Assembly (NCBI GenBank): GCA_965213925.1
Contig: OZ243927.1
Location: 800,001 to 864,000 of the forward strand
DNA from: Trueperaceae bacterium
GTDB lineage: Bacteria > Deinococcota > Deinococci > Deinococcales > Trueperaceae
Direction of reading: 5' to 3'
Length of the DNA: 64,000 nucleotides
Program-made: the position numbers and the translations under genes
Notes under the pieces: generated by a model
Told to the model about the DNA's origin: nothing
What the model saw: only the letters and a program-made list of their open reading frames with translations
Database searches by the model: none
Shown here: positions 30,863-40,621 of the stretch, one piece after another
Numbering within the stretch: position 1 is the stretch's first letter
How the letters are laid out: the number at the start of each line of letters is the position of its first letter

Positions 30863-33790
30863 ATGACTAACGACGTCACCGGGGACGTGCGTCTGCGCAC
30901 GCTCGGCGGTCTCGCGCTCGAGGGCTGCGACTTCGGGCGCACTAAGCCGCTCCTTTTGCTCAGCTACTTGTGCCTCGAGGGGAAAAAGAAGCGACGGCAC
31001 CTCTCAGAGCTGTTCTGGCCGAACGCGAAGGACCCTCTGGCGAGCCTCTCGACGGACCTTTCGCGGCTGCGTAAAAGTTGCGCAGAGGTGGTCGGGGCCG
31101 ACGACGCTTACGTTTGGACCACACTAGCAACTGACGCGGGCGCGCTGCTCGCGGCGTCGGAGCGCGGCGACTTTGCGCGGGCAGTCGAAGCTTACGAGGG
31201 ACCGTTCTTAAGTGGTGCTCACCTGAACGATTGGCCCGTGGAGCTAGAAACGTGGCTTTACAACACCCGCGAGTTTTTGGCCGAGCGCGTCTGCGAAGCG
31301 CACGTGCAGCTCGGCGAGGCGGCGACCAAGGCGGGCGACTTTAGGGAGGGCGCGCGGCACGCCGAGCGGGCCTGCACGGTGCCGGGCCTTGGCGGGCTCG
31401 CGCCAGAAATCATGCCGCGCGTCCACGCGCTCCTCGTCGCGGGCAGTCACCCTCACGCCAAAGACTTAAGGCGACTCGCCTTAGACTTCGGCGTCACCTT
31501 GACGCTCGAGCCCGCCGAGGCCAGGAAACGCCTGCGCCCCGCCTCTCGCTTGCTACCCAGCCAAGGCACCTCGTTCGTCGGGCGGGAGGCGGAACTGGAG
31601 AGAATAGAAGAGGTGCTCGGCAGGGGTCGGGAACGCCTGTTGAGCCTTGTCGGGCTGGCCGGGATGGGCAAAACGCGCCTCGCGGTCGAGGCGGCCAACC
31701 GGATGATTGGGCAGGGACTTTTTCGGGACGGCATCCATTGGGTCGCGCTCGAGTCGCTCGCTTCGGCTACGGGGCTTCCTTACCACGTCGCCGACACTGT
31801 CGGTGCCGAACTCAAAGGAAACGCTGCCCCTGCCCAGGTCATCGCCGAAAGAATCGGCGACGGGCGGGTCCTGCTCGTTCTCGACAACTTTGAACACCTC
31901 ATGGACGCGGCCCTACTCTTGCCCGAGCTGCTTGGCCGTTGCCCCAACCTCAAGCTGCTGGTCACCTCGCGGGAGCGCCTAAACCTCGCCGAGGAGTTTG
32001 TCTTGTGGCTCGAGGGCTTGCCTTTCGAAGCAGGGTCGCGTCACTCGGACGCCCTCACCCTGTTCTTGGAGCGGGCTAGGCGTCACCGGCAGAGGTTTGA
32101 ACCCTCATCTTTAGAGGCCGTCACCCGTATCTGCCGCGCGGTAGGGGGCTCACCGTTCGCCACGGAACTCGCGGCGGCCCTCGTCAACACGCTGTCCTGT
32201 GAGCAGATTGCCGCGTACCTCGAGCGAGACTTGCTCTCGCTCAGCAGCCGCGCGCGCAACCTGCCCGAACGCTTGAGGAGCGTTCAGGCGGCGCTCGAGT
32301 CGACCTGGCGTTTACTCACGGAGGGCGAACGGCGGGCCGTTAAGCAGCTCTCGGTGTTCCGTGGTGGGTTCACCAGAGACGCGGCCTTGCAGGTGGCGGG
32401 CGTGGGCCTGTCCCTGCTGGTGACGCTGAGCGACAAAGCGCTCCTGCGCCCGCAGCCGCATGGGCGTTTTGACCGCCACCCGCTCGTGTACGAGTTTACG
32501 AAGCAGAAACTTTCGGAGCAGCCTGAGCTGGCTGAGGCCAAGCGGCAGGACCACGCGGGCTACTATACGACCTTTTTAGAAGCGCGTCTCAAACCCGTCC
32601 GAGGTGAACAATCCAAGGCTATCCTTCAAGAAATTTCTAGCGACATGGACAACATCCGCGACGCTTGGGCTATTCTGCTCGAGCGGAGCCAAGCTGGCGA
32701 ACTAGCCAGAAGCGTCTTCACCCTCGCTTACTTCTTCGAGTTTACCGGCCGCTGTGAGGAGGGGCTGGACCTCTTTTCGAACACGGTCCGGCGTCTCGAC
32801 GCCCTACCTGACGTGGTGCCCGACGCGCTCCTCGCCCTCGGCAAGCTGCACTACGCCTCCTCGTGGATGTTTGACCACTTAGGCCAAACGCACCGGGCGC
32901 TGCAAGCTGCCGAGGTGGCGCTCGGGCACTACCGCGCGCACGGCGACCCAACACTCATCGCACACGGGCTCAACAACCTCGCCGGATTTGTCGCAGACCG
33001 TAAAGGCGATTATCAAGAGGCCGTGCGGCTGCTCGAGGAAGCCCGCGGGCTGGTCAATCAGGATGACCCCTACTACGAAGCTGTACTCCTCACCAACCTC
33101 GGCATCATGTACCTTTTCGCTGGGGACTATGCAGCCTCGGAGGGCTATCTAAACCGAGGTGAACATCTCCACCGAAAAGTGGATAACCAGATGGGCGTAG
33201 CGGTTTGCCTACAAAACCGAGGAGACCTTTTTACAAACCTGGGAAGGTCCAGCGAAGCGGCGTCTGTTTTAAAAGAGGGTTTGACGCTCTGTGAAGCGCT
33301 CGGCCTCGAGCACTTTGAGCCGTTTTTTCACTGCAGCCTTGCGCGAACCAAAAGGTTGATGGGTGAGGTTGACGAGGCATTTGAGCACATAGCGTCAGCT
33401 CTGGAGCTTGCTCAAGAAATCGACCACCTGCAGGCAATGCCGAACATTTTGGTCGAGTACGCCCGTGTTGCGCTCTCCCGTCAGGACGTAAAGGGCGCCG
33501 TTGGCTCTTTAAGTTGGGCCTTAGCGACCGCCCAACAGGGCGGTATGTTGGCTAAAACGCTGCACGTCTTGACCGGCTTCAGCGAGCACTACTCAGCGCA
33601 AAGGGAAAACGCCCTGGCGCTCGAGCTTGCCTGGTACGTCACGCGGCAGGGGGCGGCGCACGCTTCAGACCGCAGCCTGGCGCAAGCTGTTCTCGACAAG
33701 GCCGTGGCTCGCGGGGCGGAGATGCCCGTACAACCCGAATACGTTTCTCTCGAGGAGCTAATAAACACCCTCCCTATGGCTCAGTCCTGA
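30863..33790 (+). CDS. Second AfsR/SARP-like STAND regulator (paralogue of 26198-28906)
   Basis: TKPLLLLSYLCLEG, GLAGMGKT, VLDNFEH, TPR C-terminus. Confidence 0.9.
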   Translation: MTNDVTGDVRLRTLGGLALEGCDFGRTKPLLLLSYLCLEGKKKRRHLSELFWPNAKDPLASLSTDLSRLRKSCAEVVGADDAYVWTTLATDAGALLAASERGDFARAVEAYEGPFLSGAHLNDWPVELETWLYNTREFLAERVCEAHVQLGEAATKAGDFREGARHAERACTVPGLGGLAPEIMPRVHALLVAGSHPHAKDLRRLALDFGVTLTLEPAEARKRLRPASRLLPSQGTSFVGREAELERIEEVLGRGRERLLSLVGLAGMGKTRLAVEAANRMIGQGLFRDGIHWVALESLASATGLPYHVADTVGAELKGNAAPAQVIAERIGDGRVLLVLDNFEHLMDAALLLPELLGRCPNLKLLVTSRERLNLAEEFVLWLEGLPFEAGSRHSDALTLFLERARRHRQRFEPSSLEAVTRICRAVGGSPFATELAAALVNTLSCEQIAAYLERDLLSLSSRARNLPERLRSVQAALESTWRLLTEGERRAVKQLSVFRGGFTRDAALQVAGVGLSLLVTLSDKALLRPQPHGRFDRHPLVYEFTKQKLSEQPELAEAKRQDHAGYYTTFLEARLKPVRGEQSKAILQEISSDMDNIRDAWAILLERSQAGELARSVFTLAYFFEFTGRCEEGLDLFSNTVRRLDALPDVVPDALLALGKLHYASSWMFDHLGQTHRALQAAEVALGHYRAHGDPTLIAHGLNNLAGFVADRKGDYQEAVRLLEEARGLVNQDDPYYEAVLLTNLGIMYLFAGDYAASEGYLNRGEHLHRKVDNQMGVAVCLQNRGDLFTNLGRSSEAASVLKEGLTLCEALGLEHFEPFFHCSLARTKRLMGEVDEAFEHIASALELAQEIDHLQAMPNILVEYARVALSRQDVKGAVGSLSWALATAQQGGMLAKTLHVLTGFSEHYSAQRENALALELAWYVTRQGAAHASDRSLAQAVLDKAVARGAEMPVQPEYVSLEELINTLPMAQS

Positions 33791-34616
33791 GCGCTCCATA
33801 CTGCCCCGGCGTCACCCCGACATAGCGCTTAAAGGTCCGCGTGAAGTGCGCCTGGTCCGCAAAGCCGAGGTCGATAGCGACGTGGGCGATGGGCTCACGC
33901 AGCAGCAAACTTTTCGCCTCGCGGACGCGCAGCGACATCCCGAACACAGCTGGCGTGACGCCGACGACCTCCTTAAAAGTCCGGCTCAGGTGAAACTTGC
34001 TCATGTTCACGAGTTCGGCGATTTGGTCGAGGGACAAGGGAGTGGAAAAGTGCTCCGTCAGGTGCGCCTTGACCGCCTCGACCGCGCGCATGGTTCTGGG
34101 CGTCACGGTTTGCGGGTGCGGTGGCCGGTCCTGGTGCCTCGCCAAGACCCGCACCACGGCAACAAGCTTTGCCTCGCTCTCGAGGCTGGGCGCGCCCCGC
34201 GCGAGGCTCGAGAACGCGTCTGTAAAAAGTTCGCCGAGCTTGTGGTTTATCGCCGCGTCCGGGGAGATGGGGACTGTAAAGGGCAGCCGCTCGACACGAG
34301 CCGCCCCGGCGAGGTCTAGCATCAGGTCGGGGCTGACGCGCAGCGTCTGGTAGCCCCAACGCTCGCCCTTTTGGGGCGCGGCGACCAAGGCCTCGCCCGC
34401 CCCGAAGCTCTGGAAGGTACCCCCTTTAAGCGCGTGCTTCTCTCTCCGGTACTGCACGCTCGCGGGTCCCCGCAAACAGAGTGACAGGCAGTAGTCGCCC
34501 AGCAGTTGTGGGGCCACCGGCCGCGCCGTGCGGGGGGTGCGCTCGAGCTCGAGACCGCCAAACCCCTCGGGGTGCCAAAAGGTCGTCTCTGGGGTTTGCG
34601 CAGTAGCTCCCGTCAT
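33774..34616 (-). CDS. AraC-family transcriptional regulator
   Basis: SKFHLSRTFK..GVTP; LGFADQAHFTRTFKRYVGVTPGQY. Confidence 0.95.
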   Translation of the reverse strand: MTGATAQTPETTFWHPEGFGGLELERTPRTARPVAPQLLGDYCLSLCLRGPASVQYRREKHALKGGTFQSFGAGEALVAAPQKGERWGYQTLRVSPDLMLDLAGAARVERLPFTVPISPDAAINHKLGELFTDAFSSLARGAPSLESEAKLVAVVRVLARHQDRPPHPQTVTPRTMRAVEAVKAHLTEHFSTPLSLDQIAELVNMSKFHLSRTFKEVVGVTPAVFGMSLRVREAKSLLLREPIAHVAIDLGFADQAHFTRTFKRYVGVTPGQYGALRTEP

Positions 34617-34655
34617 GGTCCGTCTCCTCCCGGAAACAGTCTTGACCGGAGGGGT

Positions 34656-34692
34656 TTACCGGGGCCTTACACGCCTCTTACACGAGCGTTAC
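34656..34692 (-). promoter_or_regulatory. Four TTAC direct repeats at 11-bp spacing upstream of araC
   Basis: TTAC at 34656, 34667, 34678, 34689. Confidence 0.55.
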
Positions 34693-34726
34693 TTGGGCGT
34701 TGGTTTGGTGTAACGGCGCGCCAGCC

Positions 34727-36169
34727 TCACCTGCTAAACCTTTCTAGCCCCCTCTCGAGCCCGCCACGACCTCCGCCTGCCTCCTCACCTAAGCGCATAA
34801 AAAGGTTGTTCAGCGACTCATTGTAGGTCGGGTGGGCGAAAACACCGTCGCGCTGGACCGTGTAGGGGGCCCCGCACTGCATCGCCAGCTGCACCAGCGA
34901 CATCACCTCGCCGCCTTCGGTGCCGAGTATGGCGCAGCCCAAAATTTGCTCCGTGTCGGCGTCCACCACCGCTTTCATAAAACCGCGCGTGTCGCCCGTC
35001 TCGACCGCGCGGGCGATACTCTCGCCGGGAAGCTTGGCGACCCTCACGCGGTAGCCCTTGGCGCGCGCCTCCCCCTCGGTGAGATTCACCCGACCGAGTT
35101 GCGGGTCGGTAAAGACCGCGTAGGGCACCACGCGCCCTTCGTTCTTGAGCGCCGCGCCGCCGAGCAGGTTGGCTTTGAGGATGCGGAAGTCGTCGTACGA
35201 AACGTGTGTAAAGGCGGGGCCGCCCTTCACGTCGCCTAGAGCATAGACGCCGGGCGCGCTCGTTTCCAGGCGCGCGTTGACTTCTATAAAGCCGCGCGCG
35301 TCCGTCCGCACTCCGGTGCTCTGCAACTCGAGCGCTTCGGTATCGGGCACCCGCCCGGTGGCGACGAGCAGGTGCGAGCCGCGCAAAACCGCCTCGCCGT
35401 GCGAGTCGCAGACGTGGAGGTCGAGCCCCACTTCGTCGCGTCGGGCGTGAAGGGCTTGGCTGTGTAGGCGCACGTCGACGCCTTCGTCCATAAGAATCTG
35501 GGTCAGCGCGTGAGACACGTCGGGGTCTTCTCGCTCCAAAAGCCGCTCGCCGTGGTGGACAAGCGTGACTTGTGCGCCAAAGCGCCGGAACATCTGCGCG
35601 AACTCCACGCCGACCACCCCGCCGCCTAGCACGATGAGGTGAGCGGGCAGCTCGGATAGCTCCATGATGCTCGTCGAGTCGAGTGCCCCGACCTCGCTCA
35701 ACCCTTCGACGGGCGGCACGCGCGGGCGCAGGCCGGTGTTGATAAAACTACGCTCGGCCTCCAAAGTCAAACCGCCCCCATCATCAAGCGCGACCTCGAG
35801 CCGCCGTTCGCCGCTGAACTGTGCCGTGCCGCGGAGAAAGTCTAGGTTTGGTGTCTCTTCAACCCAGCCCTCGACCCTTGTGCGCGAGTGCGCTACCACC
35901 GCCTCCTTGCGCTCGCGGACGCGTGCCAAGTCGACCTTGACAGGGCCTGTCTCCACCCCGTAGCGGGCCGCCTGTCGCGTGAGGTAGGCGACGCGGGCGC
36001 TCGCCACCATTGTTTTGGTGGGGGTGCAACCGTCGTTGACGCAGGTGCCGCCCAGGGCGCGGCGCTCGACGAGCGCCACCCGCCAGCCCGCGTCTGCGAG
36101 CGCAATGGCGAGGGGAAGCCCCGCTTGCCCCGCGCCGACGACCACGGCGTCGTACCGTCGTTCGTTCAT
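34727..36169 (-). CDS. Flavoprotein disulfide reductase (MerA/RclA-like)
   Basis: GAGQAG, GGTCVNDGCTPTK, GGGVVGVE, AHPT; no C-terminal Cys-Cys pair of true MerA. Confidence 0.85.
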   Translation of the reverse strand: MNERRYDAVVVGAGQAGLPLAIALADAGWRVALVERRALGGTCVNDGCTPTKTMVASARVAYLTRQAARYGVETGPVKVDLARVRERKEAVVAHSRTRVEGWVEETPNLDFLRGTAQFSGERRLEVALDDGGGLTLEAERSFINTGLRPRVPPVEGLSEVGALDSTSIMELSELPAHLIVLGGGVVGVEFAQMFRRFGAQVTLVHHGERLLEREDPDVSHALTQILMDEGVDVRLHSQALHARRDEVGLDLHVCDSHGEAVLRGSHLLVATGRVPDTEALELQSTGVRTDARGFIEVNARLETSAPGVYALGDVKGGPAFTHVSYDDFRILKANLLGGAALKNEGRVVPYAVFTDPQLGRVNLTEGEARAKGYRVRVAKLPGESIARAVETGDTRGFMKAVVDADTEQILGCAILGTEGGEVMSLVQLAMQCGAPYTVQRDGVFAHPTYNESLNNLFMRLGEEAGGGRGGLERGLERFSR

Positions 36170-36233
36170 CGTTTCCTCCTGTTTCATGAGCACAAGATTG
36201 ACCCGTTTCAGCTGCGACGCGGGCGAGCCGCCG

Positions 36234-36749
36234 TCAAAAAGCGGTTTCCAAACTTGCCGTACTAAACACCACGTGAAAGGGTTTGCAGTAGATGACCACG
36301 CTCCGCACGCTCGAGAGGTCAGTACCGCCCGGAACCTCGTAGTTCTGGTTGCCGACGTTGCCTTTTAGGTTTCCCAAGTCAAGATACGCGCCCGAATTCA
36401 CCTCCTCTTGGTCTGCTGGGTCCGGGTGCGAGGAGAGGATGACGTGCAGGTCGGGGCCGTTGGTGACCGTAAAGTTCTCGAGCCGCAAGAAGAGGCGACC
36501 GTCGTCCAGAAGGTAGAGGGTCACCTTGCCGCTGCCCCTATGGAAATCGTCGGCGTCCCGGAACTCCCCCGCGAGAAGCGGAACCGCGTCGGCCTGCACG
36601 AAAATTGGCCCCGGTTTCGGTCGCTCGGTGGGGAAGGGCTCATCTACCGTCCTGTTCAAGAAAAGGGGTGAGCCGAGCCACCAGGCGAGGGCGAGAAGGA
36701 CTATCGCCACAACTGCGATGAGGACACGACGCATCATTCGTCTGGACAT
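36234..36749 (-). CDS. DM13 domain membrane-anchored protein
   Basis: H.GSG, NGPDLHV.LS, LKGNVGNQNY, VVIYCKPF..VF..A. Confidence 0.9.
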   Translation of the reverse strand: MSRRMMRRVLIAVVAIVLLALAWWLGSPLFLNRTVDEPFPTERPKPGPIFVQADAVPLLAGEFRDADDFHRGSGKVTLYLLDDGRLFLRLENFTVTNGPDLHVILSSHPDPADQEEVNSGAYLDLGNLKGNVGNQNYEVPGGTDLSSVRSVVIYCKPFHVVFSTASLETAF

Positions 36750-36752
36750 TGT

Positions 36753-38129
36753 TCACCTCCCGTTACCTGTTTCAAAATACGCAGGGGCGTTCAGCACGCG
36801 CTGCGCCACACACTCACCCTGCGCCATGCCGTTCTCGGCTGAGACGCGGTAATGCACGCCGCCGTAGAGCCGCGACAGGGCGTTTTCCTGAGCGGCGTGG
36901 TGAAACGACTCAAAGGAGCGGGTCATGGCCTCTTGGTCGTGCGCCGCAAAAGCGCCACGCGGATTTTTCACGCCGTAGGCGTCGCTAAAAGAAATTTCAC
37001 CAAAAAAGTGTGTCAACACTTCAGCGGCGGCAGCCCCGACGACGGCGTGTCCTGACGGGTACTCGGGGAAGTTCGGGGTTTGTAAAAGAGGCCGCCAGTC
37101 GGGGTCGAGCGTCTCGCGGAGAAGCGTTTCGGGCCGCACCAGCATCACTTTGTACTTCGACCACCACGCCGAAACGAAGGCGTCGTGCAGCGCGGTGCCG
37201 AGCACGGCGTAAAAGGTGGCGGCGTCACGTAGACTCAACGCTTGCCTCTCGACCATCATCGTGCCGAGCATGAGAAAATGCCCGCCGATGGTGCCCGTTT
37301 CGACGGGCTCGTCATCCCAAAAGTAGGCCGTGTCGCGTTCGGCTTCGCTCAAGGTCTGCGAGGTCTCGTAGACCTCTAAGAGCTGCGTGTGAAAGGCGGA
37401 GCCGGGGGTGAGGTCGAAGGGGATGCCCAGGGGCACGTGGCAGGCGTCAGGTGCGGCCAAGCTCAGCGGCGCAATCTGTCCCCAAAACGGTTGAATCGGG
37501 GTGCGCCCCGCACCGCGCGAGACCCACAGCGAAGCGTCCTCGGCGCGGGCGGCGACGAGGGCGGCGGCGGTGGCGTACATGGCGTCGCGGGCCTCGGCAA
37601 ACCCGTCCGTCTCGGCCCAGGCGAGCACGGCCCGCCCGATGTTCATGCCCAGCTCGAGCGACGCCGACACGACCTCAGCACTCACGCTTTGCTCTCTCAC
37701 CGCAACTTGTTCGGCGTGTAGGGCGGACAGGGCGCGTTTGGTTTCGAGGACGCTTACCGCAAAAGGCTGCCACATGTCGCTGTTCTCTCGCAGCAGCCCC
37801 GTTGTCACCGTGTGGAGCGCAGCGCTCAGGACGGTGAGGGTGTCGTAGGTCGCGTCACCCGCTTGGGGAACGTTAAGCCCCCCCCTTATTCCCTCCGCCA
37901 GCGACGCCGTGTCGCCGAGTACGGCGAGCGTTTCGTTCATGGTGATACCCGTGTAGGCAAATATCCGGGCGGCCACCGGCGGCGTGACGCTCTCACCTTT
38001 GACGCGGGCGTAAAGCAGCGTCATCCAGTCGTTGGCAAAGGCGGCGTCCTGGGCGTGTCCAGAGGACAGGGCGCAAGATAAGGTAAGCAGGGTCAAAAGG
38101 ACGCGTATCCTTCTCGCAGGTCGGTTCAT
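36753..38129 (-). CDS. Secreted vanadium-dependent haloperoxidase / PAP2-like protein
   Basis: Signal peptide; WWSKY....RP, PEYPSGHA, SRLYGGVHY vanadate-binding motifs. Confidence 0.8.
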   Translation of the reverse strand: MNRPARRIRVLLTLLTLSCALSSGHAQDAAFANDWMTLLYARVKGESVTPPVAARIFAYTGITMNETLAVLGDTASLAEGIRGGLNVPQAGDATYDTLTVLSAALHTVTTGLLRENSDMWQPFAVSVLETKRALSALHAEQVAVREQSVSAEVVSASLELGMNIGRAVLAWAETDGFAEARDAMYATAAALVAARAEDASLWVSRGAGRTPIQPFWGQIAPLSLAAPDACHVPLGIPFDLTPGSAFHTQLLEVYETSQTLSEAERDTAYFWDDEPVETGTIGGHFLMLGTMMVERQALSLRDAATFYAVLGTALHDAFVSAWWSKYKVMLVRPETLLRETLDPDWRPLLQTPNFPEYPSGHAVVGAAAAEVLTHFFGEISFSDAYGVKNPRGAFAAHDQEAMTRSFESFHHAAQENALSRLYGGVHYRVSAENGMAQGECVAQRVLNAPAYFETGNGR

Positions 38130-38195
38130 CACGTCTCCTTGTAAAAACAAACACCCCAGAAACCAAGTTCCAGGGTGTTGAGAGGTTCGTAAGAC

Positions 38196-39380
38196 CTAGA
38201 GGAAGCGGAAGACGATGGGACAGTTGACGATGATGCCGACCGAGCCGTAGGGCTCGCCGCCCGGCCCCGTCAGCCAGCCCTGCTCGGCGAAGCCCAGAAT
38301 CTGGAACTCCTCGATAAGCCGACTCCGGTAGCCCGCGTCAATCGCCTCTTGCGTCCACTCGCCCAAGTTCATGTCCCACAGCGGACTGTAGTCGGTAGCG
38401 ATGGTGGGAATGCCGCCCAGGACGTTAAGCGAACCCCTACCGTCGAGAATGGCGCTGTTCAACCCCTGACGTTGCGGGTTGTCCGCGCCGGTAGGACCGT
38501 TGGTAAAGACGAAAATGCGCTCAACCGCGCTCGTGAAGGAGTCGTCGCGGCCTACGGTGATGTCGTCTAAACCCGGCGCGAGTGTGACCGCTTCCAGAGT
38601 AGCCGCCAGCGGATTGTTCGAGTCCAGACTCAGGTAGAGGTTGGGGCGGGCGAATGAGAAGCCGGGGGTGAGCGCAAGGGTCACCGTCTGCTCCTGGGGG
38701 CAGATACGCACCACTTTGTCATGCACCACACTGTGGTCGGCGTCGGCATTGCAGAAAAGATTCAGTTCTTCGGCGGGCACGTCAAACGCGATGATGGGCG
38801 CGTTGTAGATGTAACCCCCGGCGTTTTCTATCATCACCAGCGGGCTGTAGTTGTCGTCACCGACCGAGCCGGGTTGAAACTCGGCGGGCGGGAAAGCGTT
38901 GGGGGCCTCGCCGGGGGTGAGCATCCGCTCTGGCGAAAAGTCCACCGTGCCCTGCATAAAGGTTAAAGAGGCGTCGGGCTCGAGTCGCGCCGTCCGCGCC
39001 CCACGCCCGACGTTGGCGTAGGTGAGTTTGGGCGAGAAGTTGAGCCCCAGTTGCGCGGCGTTGCCCTCGTCGTCGGTATCGGTCACGACGTACCAAACGT
39101 TTTCACCCGATTCCATCTGGCCGCGGTACAGGGGCAGGGTGACGGTGCCCGCCTCTTGGTCCACGGTGCCCGCCTTGAGCAGGTGATACGGCCCGATGAG
39201 TTCGCGCTGCACCTGCGAGGGGGCCGGGCCAAAGTAGGTCAAGGGAACATCCGCGCCGATGCTTGCAGGCGCGGGGGCGACGTCGTCGTCCGCGCCGCCC
39301 TCTTCCTGAGCAAAGGCGATACCGGCAAGGAAAACGAAGCTGAGGACTAGAAGGGTAAGGCGTTTTAAGGCTAAACTCAT
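38196..39380 (-). CDS. Secreted acidic protein of unknown function
   Basis: Signal peptide ending AFA-Q; NYSPL and DYSPLW repeats; AGGAG RBS. Confidence 0.7.
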   Translation of the reverse strand: MSLALKRLTLLVLSFVFLAGIAFAQEEGGADDDVAPAPASIGADVPLTYFGPAPSQVQRELIGPYHLLKAGTVDQEAGTVTLPLYRGQMESGENVWYVVTDTDDEGNAAQLGLNFSPKLTYANVGRGARTARLEPDASLTFMQGTVDFSPERMLTPGEAPNAFPPAEFQPGSVGDDNYSPLVMIENAGGYIYNAPIIAFDVPAEELNLFCNADADHSVVHDKVVRICPQEQTVTLALTPGFSFARPNLYLSLDSNNPLAATLEAVTLAPGLDDITVGRDDSFTSAVERIFVFTNGPTGADNPQRQGLNSAILDGRGSLNVLGGIPTIATDYSPLWDMNLGEWTQEAIDAGYRSRLIEEFQILGFAEQGWLTGPGGEPYGSVGIIVNCPIVFRFL

Positions 39381-39531
39381 GGTGCTGACTCCTGTTCGCG
39401 TAGGGGCGGCGTGGGCGGTAACCGACAAGCGATGGCACTCGCTGTTGTAGGGTGCCGCCTTTGTTATGGACACAGATAAGGTAAACCTCCTTTGGTCATC
39501 ACGAGCAGTTTAGTCACTCGAGCTTGTGGGT

Positions 39532-39548
39532 TCTTGAATAATCTTGCG
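39532..39548 (-). promoter_or_regulatory. Putative AraC-type operator, copy 2
   Basis: TCTTGAATAATCTTGCG. Confidence 0.65.
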
Positions 39549-39659
39549 CGCGTTTGTAACAGCGCCCAGCAAAAAACGCACGGCCGACGCCGCGCGCTTC
39601 CTTTCCTTTTTACAAACTCAAGACTCTAAGCTGTCCCGCCTAAAGCGCCCCGGCGTCGT

Positions 39660-40475
39660 CTACGTGTACGCCTTGAAGGTGCGGGTAAAGTGCGCCTGGT
39701 CGCTGAAGTTAAGCTCGAGCGCCACGTCTACAAGCTCCGCGCCCTGCACCAACCTGTCTTTGGCCCGGTTGACGCGCAAGCCCGTCTGGTACTTGTGCGG
39801 GCTGACGCCCACGTCGCGCTGGAACACACGCGTGAGGTGGTATTTGCTGAGGTTCGTTACACTACCCAAATCGTCCAGGGTGACGTCCAGCTCGGGGTGC
39901 GCGTGTAAAACCTCTTTGACGAGTGAGACGGCCTTGTGCTCCCGACCCAACTTCACCTCGGGAGGTGGGCTGTCAGGGCAGTGTTTGAGGACGGCGTGGA
40001 GGAAACCCAAGAGTTTACATTCGCGCTCAAGATGTGTGGCGGCTTTATCGAAGGACCGAATAGTATCAGTAAGCAACTTGGCGAGTGGATCATTGAGCAC
40101 TTCAGGCGTGCACATATCGGGGATGTAAACCGGGTCCCTGATTCCTACACCGGAAGCAAAACCCATCATCGTTTCAGGTTGTAGGCGTAAAGTCCACGCT
40201 GTTGTCAGCATATCGCTCGAGGCGTGAACGGTACAAACCTCTCCGGGATATTGGGCAAGAACAAGACCCTCAGCCCTGACGTATTCAACGACCTGTTTAC
40301 CGTAGCGTGTCCAACCACTGCCCCAACCCACTGTTATCTCATAGCTTTGGAATATAGAGGGCGTTAATTCGAAGTCTTGTACGTTCTCGAAGATGTCAAC
40401 CTCCACCCCCGCAAACCCCTGCGGCCTCCAAACTTTCACCCTTGGTTCAGGCGCGTTCCCGCTCTCCATACTCAC
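39660..40475 (-). CDS. AraC-family regulator with premature TAG in the last helix
   Basis: SKYHLTRVFQ..GVSP; FSDQAHFTRTFKAYT* then TTPGRFRRDSLES in frame to 39618. Confidence 0.85.
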   Translation of the reverse strand: MSMESGNAPEPRVKVWRPQGFAGVEVDIFENVQDFELTPSIFQSYEITVGWGSGWTRYGKQVVEYVRAEGLVLAQYPGEVCTVHASSDMLTTAWTLRLQPETMMGFASGVGIRDPVYIPDMCTPEVLNDPLAKLLTDTIRSFDKAATHLERECKLLGFLHAVLKHCPDSPPPEVKLGREHKAVSLVKEVLHAHPELDVTLDDLGSVTNLSKYHLTRVFQRDVGVSPHKYQTGLRVNRAKDRLVQGAELVDVALELNFSDQAHFTRTFKAYT

Positions 40476-40540
40476 CTCACTGTTCGTCCTGAGTTGTCAT
40501 GCCCGGTCTCGTTAAGGGTAGCACGCAGCTTGAGTCGTTG

Positions 40541-40557
40541 TTTTGAATAAAGTTGCG
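40541..40557 (-). promoter_or_regulatory. Putative AraC-type operator, copy 3 (degenerate)
   Basis: TTTTGAATAAAGTTGCG. Confidence 0.5.
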
Positions 40558-40621
40558 CTTTTGCACACGCCCCTCAAATATTCGCTCCTGCCATAACATC
40601 TGGCAGTGCCTTGTACGCCAC

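Noticed and set aside
34727..36169. Mercuric reductase merA / mer operon
   Set aside because: No C-terminal Cys-Cys, no NmerA domain and no merR/T/P nearby
21272..39662. Three in-frame TAG codons (21272, 23354, 39660) suggesting amber recoding
   Set aside because: Many intact genes here end in TAG; single C-to-T or G-to-A changes in decaying genes explain them
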